Assembly (NCBI GenBank): GCA_963666215.2
Contig: CAXWPL010000005.1
Location: 1,120,001-1,184,000 of the forward strand
DNA length: 64,000 nucleotides
Origin: Acidobacteriota bacterium
GTDB lineage: Bacteria > Acidobacteriota > UBA890 > WLXD01
Reading direction: 5' to 3'
This document shows, piece after piece, positions 19,356 to 28,654 of the stretch. Under the pieces are notes generated by a model, which was given only the letters and a program-made list of their open reading frames with translations, was not told the DNA's origin and ran no database searches. Each line of letters opens with the position of its first letter. Within the stretch, counting starts at the first letter, position 1. The position numbers and the translations under genes are program-made.

Positions 19356-20956
19356 GACACGTCGCCCAAGACAACCTCGGCGGCAAGCTTGCCAGGCGCT
19401 CCCATCACGCCGCCGCCGGGATGTGTTCCCGAACCGCACATGTACAGCCCCGCAACCGGCGTGCGGTAGTCGGCCCAGCCAGCGAGGGGACGCAGGAAGA
19501 AGAGCTGCTCCAGCGTGAGCTCACCGTGGAAGATGTTGCCCTCGGTGAGTCCGAAAGTGCGCTCCAAATCGAGCGGCGTAACCACCTGCCGATGCAGCAC
19601 GAGCTCGCGGATGTTGGGCGCCAGCTCGGCGAGCGTATCGAGAACGGCGTCGCCGAGCCCGTCGCGGCAGTCGTCCCAGTGCCCCTCGCGCAGGTCGTAC
19701 GGGGCGTACTGAACGAAGCAGGACATTACGTGCTTGCCGGGCGGCGCCATCGAAGGGTCGGCGAGCGTAGGGATCACGACGTCCATATAGGGCCGACGCG
19801 AATAGCGACCGTATTTGGCGTCGTCGTAGGCGCGCTCGAGGTAGTCCACGGAGGGGCTCACCGAGATCGCCCCGCGCAGGTACTCGAGTCGAGGAATGTG
19901 CCCCGGCCCGCGCAACCGTTCGAGGCAGGTGAACTCCGGCAACCCGTCGAGCGCCAAGTTCACCTTGGCTGAGGAGCCACGGATCTTGTAACGAGCCACC
20001 TGCTCCAGGAAGTCTTCGTCGAGATGGTCGGGCCCAACCAAGCTGCCGAACGTGCGTCGCGGGTCGAGGCTGGAAACCACGCAGCCTGCCTGCAGCTCAT
20101 CGCCGTTCTCGAGCACCACGCCAACGGCGCGCCCAGAGCGCACCAGCACGCGATCGACGCTGACCTCGGTGCGTATCTCCGCGCCGAAACCTCGCGCCGA
20201 GGACGCGATGGCCTCCGACACACTACCCATGCCGCCGCGCGGCAGTCCCCAGGCGCGAAACTGTCCGTCGAGCTCGCCCATGTAGTGGTGCAGCATCACA
20301 TAGGCGGAGCCCGGAGAGCGCGGTCCCAAGAAGGTGCCGATGATGCCGCTTGACGCGAGCGTGCCCTTGAGCGCCTCGGTCTCGAACCAGCGATCGACAT
20401 AGTCGGCCGAGCTCATCGTCATCAGCTTGGCGAGCTCGTTGAGTTGGCCAGCGCCCTCACGCATGAACGAACGTCCGACCCGGGCGTGACGCGCCAGATT
20501 CAGAGGCGATGCAGAGGTAGCGTCGGGGGGTATGGTCGACATCATCGGTCGCACGGCCTTCGCCATGTGATAGAGCGTGCGGCCGAACTCCCCGTAGGCG
20601 TCGGCGTCGAGCGGCGAGTGACGATGCAGCTCGCGATGCGTCTCAGCGGCATCGTGCCATCGCATCAGATAGTCGCCCTCGGCCATCGGTGTGAGCGTGC
20701 CGTTGAGCGGCAGCAGCTCGAGACCGAACTTCGGCAGGTCGAGGTCGCTGATGATCTCGGGTCGCAGCAGGCTCACGACGTAGGAGCACACCGAGAACTT
20801 GAAGCCCGGGTACACCTCCTCGGTCACCGCGGCGCCGCCCACCAGGTGGCGGCGTTCGAGCACCAGAACAGATCGGCCGGCACGCGCCAGATAGGCGGCG
20901 CAGATCAACCCGTTGTGCCCTCCGCCGACAATGATCGCGTCGTACTTGCGGGTCAC
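19352..20956 (-). CDS. Phytoene desaturase family FAD oxidoreductase (PYROXD2-like), copy A
   Basis: IVGGGHNGL, GGAAVTEE, DPSMAPPGKH, GNIFHGE, CGSGTHPGGGVMGAPG. Confidence 0.92.
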   Translation of the reverse strand: MTRKYDAIIVGGGHNGLICAAYLARAGRSVLVLERRHLVGGAAVTEEVYPGFKFSVCSYVVSLLRPEIISDLDLPKFGLELLPLNGTLTPMAEGDYLMRWHDAAETHRELHRHSPLDADAYGEFGRTLYHMAKAVRPMMSTIPPDATSASPLNLARHARVGRSFMREGAGQLNELAKLMTMSSADYVDRWFETEALKGTLASSGIIGTFLGPRSPGSAYVMLHHYMGELDGQFRAWGLPRGGMGSVSEAIASSARGFGAEIRTEVSVDRVLVRSGRAVGVVLENGDELQAGCVVSSLDPRRTFGSLVGPDHLDEDFLEQVARYKIRGSSAKVNLALDGLPEFTCLERLRGPGHIPRLEYLRGAISVSPSVDYLERAYDDAKYGRYSRRPYMDVVIPTLADPSMAPPGKHVMSCFVQYAPYDLREGHWDDCRDGLGDAVLDTLAELAPNIRELVLHRQVVTPLDLERTFGLTEGNIFHGELTLEQLFFLRPLAGWADYRTPVAGLYMCGSGTHPGGGVMGAPGKLAAEVVLGDVS

Positions 20957-21122
20957 GAGTGGCACCGGCGACAGTAGCAGCGGGTCGGATACGTCCCGCG
21001 AGGAAGGGCAGCCCTGAGGGCAGCGAAATAATCGCTTTCGAGGCGGCAGCATCGTACCGTATCGGCCACCTCGTCGCGGCCCGAACAAGGCCGCAGCCTC
21101 ACTCTGCGAGACTTCAAAATCG

Positions 21123-22316
21123 ATGGCAATAGGAACTCCCTTTCATCCACGCACTCTGCCTCTGTCGCACGCCATGGACTGGCGACTGTGGTCGGGCTAC
21201 TACGTCGCCGCCAACTACAACGAGTTCCACCATCCCGAGTACGCGGCGATCCGAAACGCCTCGGCGCTCATCGACGTCTCGCCGCTGTTCAAGTACGAGG
21301 TCCGAGGACGCGACGCACAGCGCCTCGTCGATCGCGTCTTCACACGCGACTTCTCGAAAATCGAGCCTGGGCAGGCTGTCTACACTCCTTGGTGCGACGA
21401 CGCTGGGCATCTGGTGCAAGAGGGCACGGTGTTCCGCCTCGAGGACGAGCGCTTTCAGGTCAACGCCGCGGAACCGGCACTCGCCTGGCTGCATCGCAAC
21501 AGCGTTGGGCTTCGGGCCGAGATCGAGGACGTCTCCACGCGCATCGCGGCGCTGTCGTTGCAGGGCCCGACGTCGCGTTCGATCCTCGCGGCAGTCACCG
21601 ATGGCGAGCCCGACGTAGCGGCGTTGCGCTTCTTCCGCATTCTTCACACGCGCATCGGCAGCACGCCGGTGATGATCTCCCGCACGGGCTACACCGGCGA
21701 CCTCGGCTACGAGATCTGGCTCGAAGCCGATTCCGCGCTGCGAGTATGGGATGTGCTCATGGGCGGCGGCAAGGACTATGGGCTCACGCCATGCGGCCTG
21801 ATGTCGATGGACACGGCCAGGATCGAAGCTGGATTCATGCTGATCGGGGTCGACTACGTCGGTGCCGAGTACGCGCTCATCGACGCCGACAAGTCGAGCC
21901 CGTACGAGCTCGGGCTCGGATGGTCGATCAAGCTCGACAAGGGACCGTTCGTCGGCCGCCAAGCGCTCGCTCGCGAGCGGCAGGCGGGAAGCGCCTGGTC
22001 GTTCGTCGGCCTCGAAATCGAGTGGGCGCCGCTGCAAACCATGTATGCACGCGACGGGCTGATGCCTGACCTGCCGCTCGAGCCTTGCCGCGAGCCGGTG
22101 CCGATCTACTCCGGCGGCCGACAGGTCGGCCGTGCCACGACGCGCGTCTGGTCGACGCTGCTGAAGAAGTATCTGGCCCTGGCAACCGTTGAGACACCGT
22201 TCGCTGCCCCCGGGACCCCGCTCGAGATGGAGGTCACGGTGCACTACGAGCGCGAGCGAGCGCCAGCGCAGGTCGCGGCCCTGCCCTTCTTCCGACCCGA
22301 GCGCATGCGGGCCTAG
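21123..22316 (+). CDS. Aminomethyltransferase family (GcvT-like) protein
   Basis: EYAAIR, DVSPLFK, LQGP, SRTGYTGDLGYE, ARIEAG, SPYELGLGW. Confidence 0.9.
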   Translation: MAIGTPFHPRTLPLSHAMDWRLWSGYYVAANYNEFHHPEYAAIRNASALIDVSPLFKYEVRGRDAQRLVDRVFTRDFSKIEPGQAVYTPWCDDAGHLVQEGTVFRLEDERFQVNAAEPALAWLHRNSVGLRAEIEDVSTRIAALSLQGPTSRSILAAVTDGEPDVAALRFFRILHTRIGSTPVMISRTGYTGDLGYEIWLEADSALRVWDVLMGGGKDYGLTPCGLMSMDTARIEAGFMLIGVDYVGAEYALIDADKSSPYELGLGWSIKLDKGPFVGRQALARERQAGSAWSFVGLEIEWAPLQTMYARDGLMPDLPLEPCREPVPIYSGGRQVGRATTRVWSTLLKKYLALATVETPFAAPGTPLEMEVTVHYERERAPAQVAALPFFRPERMRA

Positions 22317-22324
22317 CGGGGCGC

Positions 22325-22582
22325 ATGCGCGCCTGGAAGAAAACCAACAGGAACGGCCGCGTACGGTTTCAGGTCAAAGTGAACGCCGGCGCCAAGGGCG
22401 ACAGCGTGCGGATGTTGGCACCTGGGTACTACCAGGTTCGCACCAGCGCGCCCCCCGAGGGGGGCCACGCCAACCGGCGTGTGCTCGAGCTTCTGGCAAG
22501 GGAGCTTGCCTGCGAGGTTGCCGCGCTGCGTATCGTGCGGGGGGCAAGGAGCGCACTCAAAGAAGTCGAGCGGAGCCCCTGA
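22325..22582 (+). CDS. DUF167/YggU family protein
   Basis: VRTSAPPEGGHAN...IVRGARSALK. Confidence 0.8.
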   Translation: MRAWKKTNRNGRVRFQVKVNAGAKGDSVRMLAPGYYQVRTSAPPEGGHANRRVLELLARELACEVAALRIVRGARSALKEVERSP

Positions 22583-22672
22583 CCCCGTCAGCCGTTGACT
22601 CCCAGGCGCGCGACCACGCGAGTCGGCCGTGGGCCGCGGCCCGGAGCCCGGCGGCTCGCTCGCAGAAGGAGA

Positions 22673-23353
22673 TCAGACGGGAACCGGATGGCGTGCCAAT
22701 CGGGTCGCCAGCCACAGGCCCCACGGACCCCACATCAGGTAGCTCAAGCGCGCGGGCACGGCGCCGTCAGGCGCTTGCCAAACCACCTGAAGAGCCAACG
22801 CGGCGAGTGCCGCACTGGCGCAAATGAGCGAAAAGGCGCCCAGAGCGCGCCCGCCGACGAGCACAGAACCGGCCGACGACGCTGGCTGCGGCCGGAACGC
22901 AAGATAGCCCCCAACCACCAACCACCAGGCCGCCACTGCCGAGACTGCCAGAATCTCGCTCAGCAAGATCGGCCAATCCAGCAGGTCGGCCACCAGCCCG
23001 GCGCCTGAGATCAGAAAGCCCATGGCACCGAGAAGAGCCCAATAGCGCAGATGACGCGCGCGCTGCGGAAGCTCGGAGTTGGCGCCCAGCGCCATCGACG
23101 CGCCCGCCAAGGCGAAGCCCGCGGCGGCGAAGCCCATCCCGACGAGGATTCCCCCACTCCCGCCGAGGTGGAACGGCATCAGCACAGTCGACAGCGCGGC
23201 CAGCAGGCCGCCTACGAGCGCGGCGCGCGCTCCCGGAAGTCCCCACCCCGTGCGCGCGATCGCCGCCTCCGGTTTCCCGCTGGCGCCGAGCGCCTCGATT
23301 ATCGCGGGATCCGGGCCCGACGATCTCGAACTGTCGTCGTCTTTGCTTTCCAT
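22673..23353 (-). CDS. Hypothetical membrane protein
   Basis: About 6 hydrophobic segments. Confidence 0.6.
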   Translation of the reverse strand: MESKDDDSSRSSGPDPAIIEALGASGKPEAAIARTGWGLPGARAALVGGLLAALSTVLMPFHLGGSGGILVGMGFAAAGFALAGASMALGANSELPQRARHLRYWALLGAMGFLISGAGLVADLLDWPILLSEILAVSAVAAWWLVVGGYLAFRPQPASSAGSVLVGGRALGAFSLICASAALAALALQVVWQAPDGAVPARLSYLMWGPWGLWLATRLARHPVPV

Positions 23354-23473
23354 GATGGATCGGGCGGCGACGCCAAAGCGCCGCGTGTCCGACCGCGAAT
23401 CCTAGCAGATCCCGCTCACGGAGCGCCCACTCCAGCCACCAGGCGGCGACTCGCGAATCCCCGGACTTCCGAA

Positions 23474-25747
23474 CTACGCCAGCAGCAGAAAGGCCGCGGC
23501 AGACGAAGCCACTTGAATCGTGAAGTTGTCGAGCCCGTGATTGCTGAAGGCCTCGACGGCGGCGCCGAACAGGCCACATGCAAGACCACCCATGAGCGCC
23601 GTGATCGCCGGCATGCCGAAGGCTAGCAAGCCGGCCATCGCTGCCACCGAACCGCCCGTAAAGACGGCAAGAGATCCTTCGAGCGTGCGGTGGGCGGGCA
23701 CGCCGGCGAGCGATGGAACCCGATAGTCGTGTCGCCCCCAGCGCGCGCCAACCGGCTCACCAAGAGCGTCCCCCCAGCCGCATACCAGATAGCCAATGAA
23801 GGCGAACTGCGGGAACAGCAGGTTGCTCAGGAGCCCGCCCGCGGCAGTGGTCACCATCGGCACGAGGATAAAGAGCGAGCGCCGCGGACGGTCGCTGTCG
23901 CGGGCCATCGACTCGTAGAAGGCGAAGCCGTCTCCTCGCCACACCGCGAACATCACGCAGCTCGTGATCACGATACCGAAGAGCATGACGCTCGGAAGCC
24001 CCAACGTCAGCTGAATCGCGCCTGCCATCGTGAAGATAAGAAAGTGGAAGATCTTGCGGGTGTAGGAGGTTTTGACTCCCTTGGTGACCCGTAGCCAGCC
24101 GGCCAACGTCGCGGCAAACAATCCGTAGAACAAGAACGCCACGCTCAGCGCGGCCAACACGCCGACCGACGGGACCACCGCGGCGTAGGTGGCGGCAGGA
24201 TCGGTCATGAAGCCCATCAGCAGGCTGCCTGCGCTGAGGGCATGCGCGACTCCGGGCGCCGGGGCCACTGTCGAGGCTTGCGCCTGCCGCTGCGGACCCT
24301 CGCGCAGCGCCTGCGCGATGCGGGCCTGCAGCCCTTCGAGTGCCGGACCGTAGACGTACCAGGGCCCGCCCTGCGCAAGAGTGCCGACGAGCTCGGTCGA
24401 GTACTCCTCGAACGCCTGCCACTCGAGCGGAACACTCCGGGCGATCTCGCGATCAACATCGGTGTCAGCTCGCCGCTCTCCAAGGTAAACGATGCCGCGT
24501 ACGCCCCGACGATGCAGGTAGGTCCCGAACTCCGGACCATCGGGACGCGGACCCGTGGCAACGTTGGCCCCTATCAGCTCGACCTGCCCGCCACCCATCG
24601 GCTCGCGAAAGAGCTCCGGCGGCAGCGGAGGCAGATCGCTCTCATAGGCGAGCTGGAACGCTTGTGTGGCGGTCGAATTGGGGAGAAAGGCGTGCACCGC
24701 CAGCGGCCGCGGCAGCTGCTTGACGCGGCGCGCAGCGGCGAGGACGACCTGCGGGTCGTAGCGCTGCCAGGAAACCGGCAAAGCGGAGTACGGCACCTCG
24801 AAGTCTGCGAGCGCCTGCTCCTCCTTCTCGATCCAAGGACGATCCTCTGGATTGTCCGGGTCGAGCAGCGAGACGACGTGCTCGAGCTCGCCGGCCAGGT
24901 AAAACGCGAAGAGCTCCTCGTCGGTGGGGAACGGAGTGACGAACACACCCGGCTCGAGCTCGACAATCGGACCGCGTTCGAACGCTTCTTTTTTGCCGAG
25001 CGAGTACGCCGTCTCGGCAGTGTCTGTTTGCGCCTGCTTGGTGATTCTCTCCACGAGATTGCGAACCACCCCGACACGGTCGCGGCCCAGGTAGCAGTGG
25101 ACGTAGTAACGACCGGTCCCCGAGGTCGCGAGGCTCTTGATCTTGGCCAGTGAGTCGACGTTGTCGCTCACCCACGGCAGCATCGGCGTGTGGATGAGCT
25201 CCAGACCCGCTTCAGCGATCGCGGCGCGCTCGTCGGCGAGCAACTTGGGCTCGAATGGGACCACCGCGGGATGGAGCAGGCTGATCACACCGGTGTAGCC
25301 CTCGTCGCGCAGCGTGGCCAGCCTGTCGGCGTCGGGATACGGGCCGAAGGTGAACCGCGACACCTCGCTAACCTGAGTTGTCTGCAGGCCGATCATCACG
25401 GCCGGCGTCATCCAGAGCCACATCGTGGCGCCGGTAACGAGCACGAGACAAACGAGGGTCGCCACGGTCGCGTGCATTCCGCTGGAGCCGAGGCGGCGCG
25501 TGATCACCCAGCTCAGCAACGCTGAGCCGACCACAAACAGCCCGATGATGGCCATCACGCCAACGTTCTCGACGCCGTCGCCCCACTCCGCCGAGCGCGC
25601 TCGTTCGGTGAACCAGCGAACCGGGCCGAGCAGCGTCATCGATCCGGTAACGAAGCCGATCGGCCCCCAGACCGCGAAGAACGTCGCCCAGCAGGCGAGC
25701 TTGGAGCGCTCGCGCGGCTGATCGACCGTGATCAAGGTTGTGCTCAT
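23474..25747 (-). CDS. Membrane protein with three PTP/DSP-like domains fused to a phytol/dolichol kinase-type (CTP_transf) domain
   Basis: VHCYLGRDR (HCX5R); repeated GPYPD...VISLL / TPFPT...VVSLL / GPRPD...IVYL; C-terminal TRKIFH, GWGDALGEPVG.RWG, RTLEGS, GLDNF. Confidence 0.8.
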   Translation of the reverse strand: MSTTLITVDQPRERSKLACWATFFAVWGPIGFVTGSMTLLGPVRWFTERARSAEWGDGVENVGVMAIIGLFVVGSALLSWVITRRLGSSGMHATVATLVCLVLVTGATMWLWMTPAVMIGLQTTQVSEVSRFTFGPYPDADRLATLRDEGYTGVISLLHPAVVPFEPKLLADERAAIAEAGLELIHTPMLPWVSDNVDSLAKIKSLATSGTGRYYVHCYLGRDRVGVVRNLVERITKQAQTDTAETAYSLGKKEAFERGPIVELEPGVFVTPFPTDEELFAFYLAGELEHVVSLLDPDNPEDRPWIEKEEQALADFEVPYSALPVSWQRYDPQVVLAAARRVKQLPRPLAVHAFLPNSTATQAFQLAYESDLPPLPPELFREPMGGGQVELIGANVATGPRPDGPEFGTYLHRRGVRGIVYLGERRADTDVDREIARSVPLEWQAFEEYSTELVGTLAQGGPWYVYGPALEGLQARIAQALREGPQRQAQASTVAPAPGVAHALSAGSLLMGFMTDPAATYAAVVPSVGVLAALSVAFLFYGLFAATLAGWLRVTKGVKTSYTRKIFHFLIFTMAGAIQLTLGLPSVMLFGIVITSCVMFAVWRGDGFAFYESMARDSDRPRRSLFILVPMVTTAAGGLLSNLLFPQFAFIGYLVCGWGDALGEPVGARWGRHDYRVPSLAGVPAHRTLEGSLAVFTGGSVAAMAGLLAFGMPAITALMGGLACGLFGAAVEAFSNHGLDNFTIQVASSAAAFLLLA

Positions 25748-25842
25748 CGCCCCGTACCCTTCATGGTGTCGCGTGGCTGTCGGTGGCCTGCCGTAATCTG
25801 TTCTTCGACGGCGCCGATGACGACGCCAGCTTTCAAGAAGTC

Positions 25843-27141
25843 CTAGAAGCGGCGCTCGAGCCCGACGCCGAAGTTGAACTGCCGTCGGTCACGACTGAAG
25901 GCGAGCTTCTCCCACGAGTAGCCCGCGCTGAACTTGAACATGAACAAGCCGCCAAATGCCTTCTGGCCGCGAAGCGCTACCTTGCGCGAGTCGAATCGAG
26001 CCAGGTCGATCGTGCTGGTGATCTCGCCCGGCGACGAGCCGGTGCCGGCGGTAACGCCCAGGTAGTTGTCGGGGCCGCCGAAGTAGCGCCGCACGGTCAG
26101 GTTGTACGACTGCGAAGTCCCCTCCGACTTCGGCGTGATGTACGGGCGCAGCGAGATCCAGTAGTTGCCCTGGTACTTCGCGATGGTGCCGGTGTAAATC
26201 GTCACCTCCGACGACTCGAACTGCAGCCAGCGGAACCCGCCCGACAGCTCGACGCCGTGCGGCAGGTTCGCGTACAGCTCGCCACCTACCCTGTTCTTTG
26301 GAAAGAACCGATGCGACGAGTAGCCGTAGTTGACGTAGGCGTAGAGGCCCTTCGCGAGACGGGGATAGGCATCAATCTCGTACTGTGCCGTGTCCTCGCG
26401 AAACCGGTTGGCGTAGTTGGCGCGCACGATCACCGAGCCCCTGCTCGTGCGATGTCCTAGAGCGAACGATGCCTGGTGCCACGGATTCGAGAAGGAGTCG
26501 ATGTCGGTGAAGCCGTACGTCAGCGAAGCTTTGCTGCGCATGCCGACCTGGCGCACGCTCTCCATGAGCTTGGCAGCATCCGCATCGCCAGGACTCACCC
26601 GCAGCAGCTGGTCGAGGGTCACTGCCGCGTCCGACAGCCGCCCCAAATCTCGTTCGGCGCGCGCCTTGCGCAGCAGGAACTTCTCGCTGTTGGGTTGGCG
26701 CCGAAGACCGTCGACGAGCGCGTCGAGCGCCCCGCCAGGGTTGTCGGCCCAGAGCTCGGTGTCGACCAGAGCGACCCGCGCATCGGCGAAATCGGGCTTG
26801 GCGCGCAGCACAATCAGAAACTGCTCACGCGCCTCGTCGTACTGCCGGTCCCAGGCGTGTACCCGGCCCAGCAGAACGCGAGCGTCGTGGTGCGAAGGCT
26901 TTGCGGCCAGGATCTCGCGGCACAGCGCACGCGCCGCCTCACGCTCGCCCGCGAAGGCCAGGCGTCGCGCCTCGTCGAAGGCATCGTCGGGTGCCGCACT
27001 GGCCACGAACAGGGGTGAGATCACCGCCGCTGGAGTTGATGCAAGGGCGGCGCTTGGCGCCGAGAGCAGGAGCACAGCCAGCAGCCCGAAGATGGTAGAA
27101 ACGCCAGCGGCGCGCGCTGGCTTGGGTGTAGCGCTGATCAT
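25843..27141 (-). CDS. TPR + YaiO-family outer-membrane beta-barrel
   Basis: AGGAGG RBS, signal peptide, TPR helices, ANRF...EIDAYP, C-terminal Phe. Confidence 0.88.
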   Translation of the reverse strand: MISATPKPARAAGVSTIFGLLAVLLLSAPSAALASTPAAVISPLFVASAAPDDAFDEARRLAFAGEREAARALCREILAAKPSHHDARVLLGRVHAWDRQYDEAREQFLIVLRAKPDFADARVALVDTELWADNPGGALDALVDGLRRQPNSEKFLLRKARAERDLGRLSDAAVTLDQLLRVSPGDADAAKLMESVRQVGMRSKASLTYGFTDIDSFSNPWHQASFALGHRTSRGSVIVRANYANRFREDTAQYEIDAYPRLAKGLYAYVNYGYSSHRFFPKNRVGGELYANLPHGVELSGGFRWLQFESSEVTIYTGTIAKYQGNYWISLRPYITPKSEGTSQSYNLTVRRYFGGPDNYLGVTAGTGSSPGEITSTIDLARFDSRKVALRGQKAFGGLFMFKFSAGYSWEKLAFSRDRRQFNFGVGLERRF

Positions 27142-27220
27142 GGTCAACCTCCTGGATCTGATCACTTTTCTCTGGGATTCGTTGCTTGGATTCACGCCTG
27201 TTCGCGCGGCCGCGCGATCC

Positions 27221-28654
27221 TCAATCCTCGACAGCCGCCGGCTCCGCGTTCGCTGAGCGCCACGGCGCGGAGCGCCGCATGTCGCCCCAACGACCGCGTA
27301 CCCCGAACAGCCACTGCAGGCTGGCGACGAGCCTGAACACCGCGATGAGCTGGCGGTATCCGAAGTTCTCGAGCATCGCCGCTGCGAACAACACGAGCAC
27401 CTCCTTCGAGCGGCTGTAGACCTTGAAGGAAAGCTCTTCGAGCAGCAGACCCATCAGCGACAGCAGGGTGCCAAGACCGATCGCCACCACGAGGAACAGC
27501 AGCATCACGGTCGGGCTGACGTAGCCCAGATACCAGCCGACCACCATGTACAGATAGCCGGCAACCTCGACGATCGGCGCCAGACATTCGCCGAAGAGCA
27601 TGAACGGCAAGCCAAGCCAACCGACGACACCGGCGCGGCGATTGAAGAACATGCCGCGGTGGCGGAAGAGAGTCTCCGTGAGCCCGCGCTGCCAGCGCAT
27701 ACGCTGCGCGGCGAGCGTCTTCAAATCACGTGGCACCTCGGTCCAGCAAATGGGCTCGGGAACGAACGTGATCTTGTAGGGGCGACCGCTCTCGCGTAGC
27801 TGGTGGTGCAGCCGCACGGTCAGCTCCATGTCCTCGCCCACGGTCTCGCGATCGTAGCCGCCGGCATCAACGACCGCGTCACGGCGGAACAACCCGAACG
27901 CACCCGAGATCACCAACAGCGACCCAATCTGCGCCCAGCCCAGTCGCCCGAAGAGGAACGCGCGCAGGTATTCGACGATCTGGAACAGCGGCAGCATGCG
28001 CGACGGCAGCCCAACTCGGATCACGTGCCCGTCACGTACCTGGCAACCGTTGGCGATGCGCACGGTTCCGCCTACGGCAACGGTTGTGGAATCCTCGATG
28101 AACGGCAACACGACGCGTTTGAGGCTTTGCCGCTCGAGAAAAGAGTCGGCGTCGATGCTGCAGAACAACGGGTACCGAGAGTTGTTGATGCCAGCGTTGA
28201 GCGCGTCGGCTTTGCCGCCGTTGTCCTTGTCGATGACGCGCAGCGCCGGATGGTCACGCGAGTGGTAGATCTGATGGACCGTCTCGCTGTGCAGCTGGCG
28301 GCGATACACCTCGGGGGCTGGCTCGAGATCGAACTCCTCGATCAGCGCGTCCAGCGTGCGATCCGTCGAGCCGTCGTTGATGACGACCACCTCGTGCTCG
28401 GGGTACTCGAGTTGCAAGAGTGAGTAGACCGAAGTGACGATCGTTTCTTCCTCGTTGTAGGCAGGGACCAGCAGGCTGATGGGCGGCTCCAACCCGGTGT
28501 AGCTGACGTGAAACCGCTCCAGGCTCGTCTCCTCGAGGTGGCGAAACACCCTGAAGACCGCCAGATAGTTGAGCAGCAGATAGAACCCGTTCACCACGAC
28601 GAAGTAGAGGAGGAAGAACCACTCAACGGGGCCGATCGTCGATACGAAGCTCAT
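27221..28654 (-). CDS. Processive GT2 glycosyltransferase (PgaC/IcaA-like)
   Basis: PAYNEE, DGSTD, GGKADALN, DADS, GED, QRMRW. Confidence 0.93.
   Translation of the reverse strand: MSFVSTIGPVEWFFLLYFVVVNGFYLLLNYLAVFRVFRHLEETSLERFHVSYTGLEPPISLLVPAYNEEETIVTSVYSLLQLEYPEHEVVVINDGSTDRTLDALIEEFDLEPAPEVYRRQLHSETVHQIYHSRDHPALRVIDKDNGGKADALNAGINNSRYPLFCSIDADSFLERQSLKRVVLPFIEDSTTVAVGGTVRIANGCQVRDGHVIRVGLPSRMLPLFQIVEYLRAFLFGRLGWAQIGSLLVISGAFGLFRRDAVVDAGGYDRETVGEDMELTVRLHHQLRESGRPYKITFVPEPICWTEVPRDLKTLAAQRMRWQRGLTETLFRHRGMFFNRRAGVVGWLGLPFMLFGECLAPIVEVAGYLYMVVGWYLGYVSPTVMLLFLVVAIGLGTLLSLMGLLLEELSFKVYSRSKEVLVLFAAAMLENFGYRQLIAVFRLVASLQWLFGVRGRWGDMRRSAPWRSANAEPAAVED

Noticed and set aside
17766-22316. Carotenoid biosynthesis or a true glycine cleavage system
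   Set aside because: No crtB/crtE/crtY and no gcvH/gcvP; the motifs fit PYROXD2-like and GcvT-like families.
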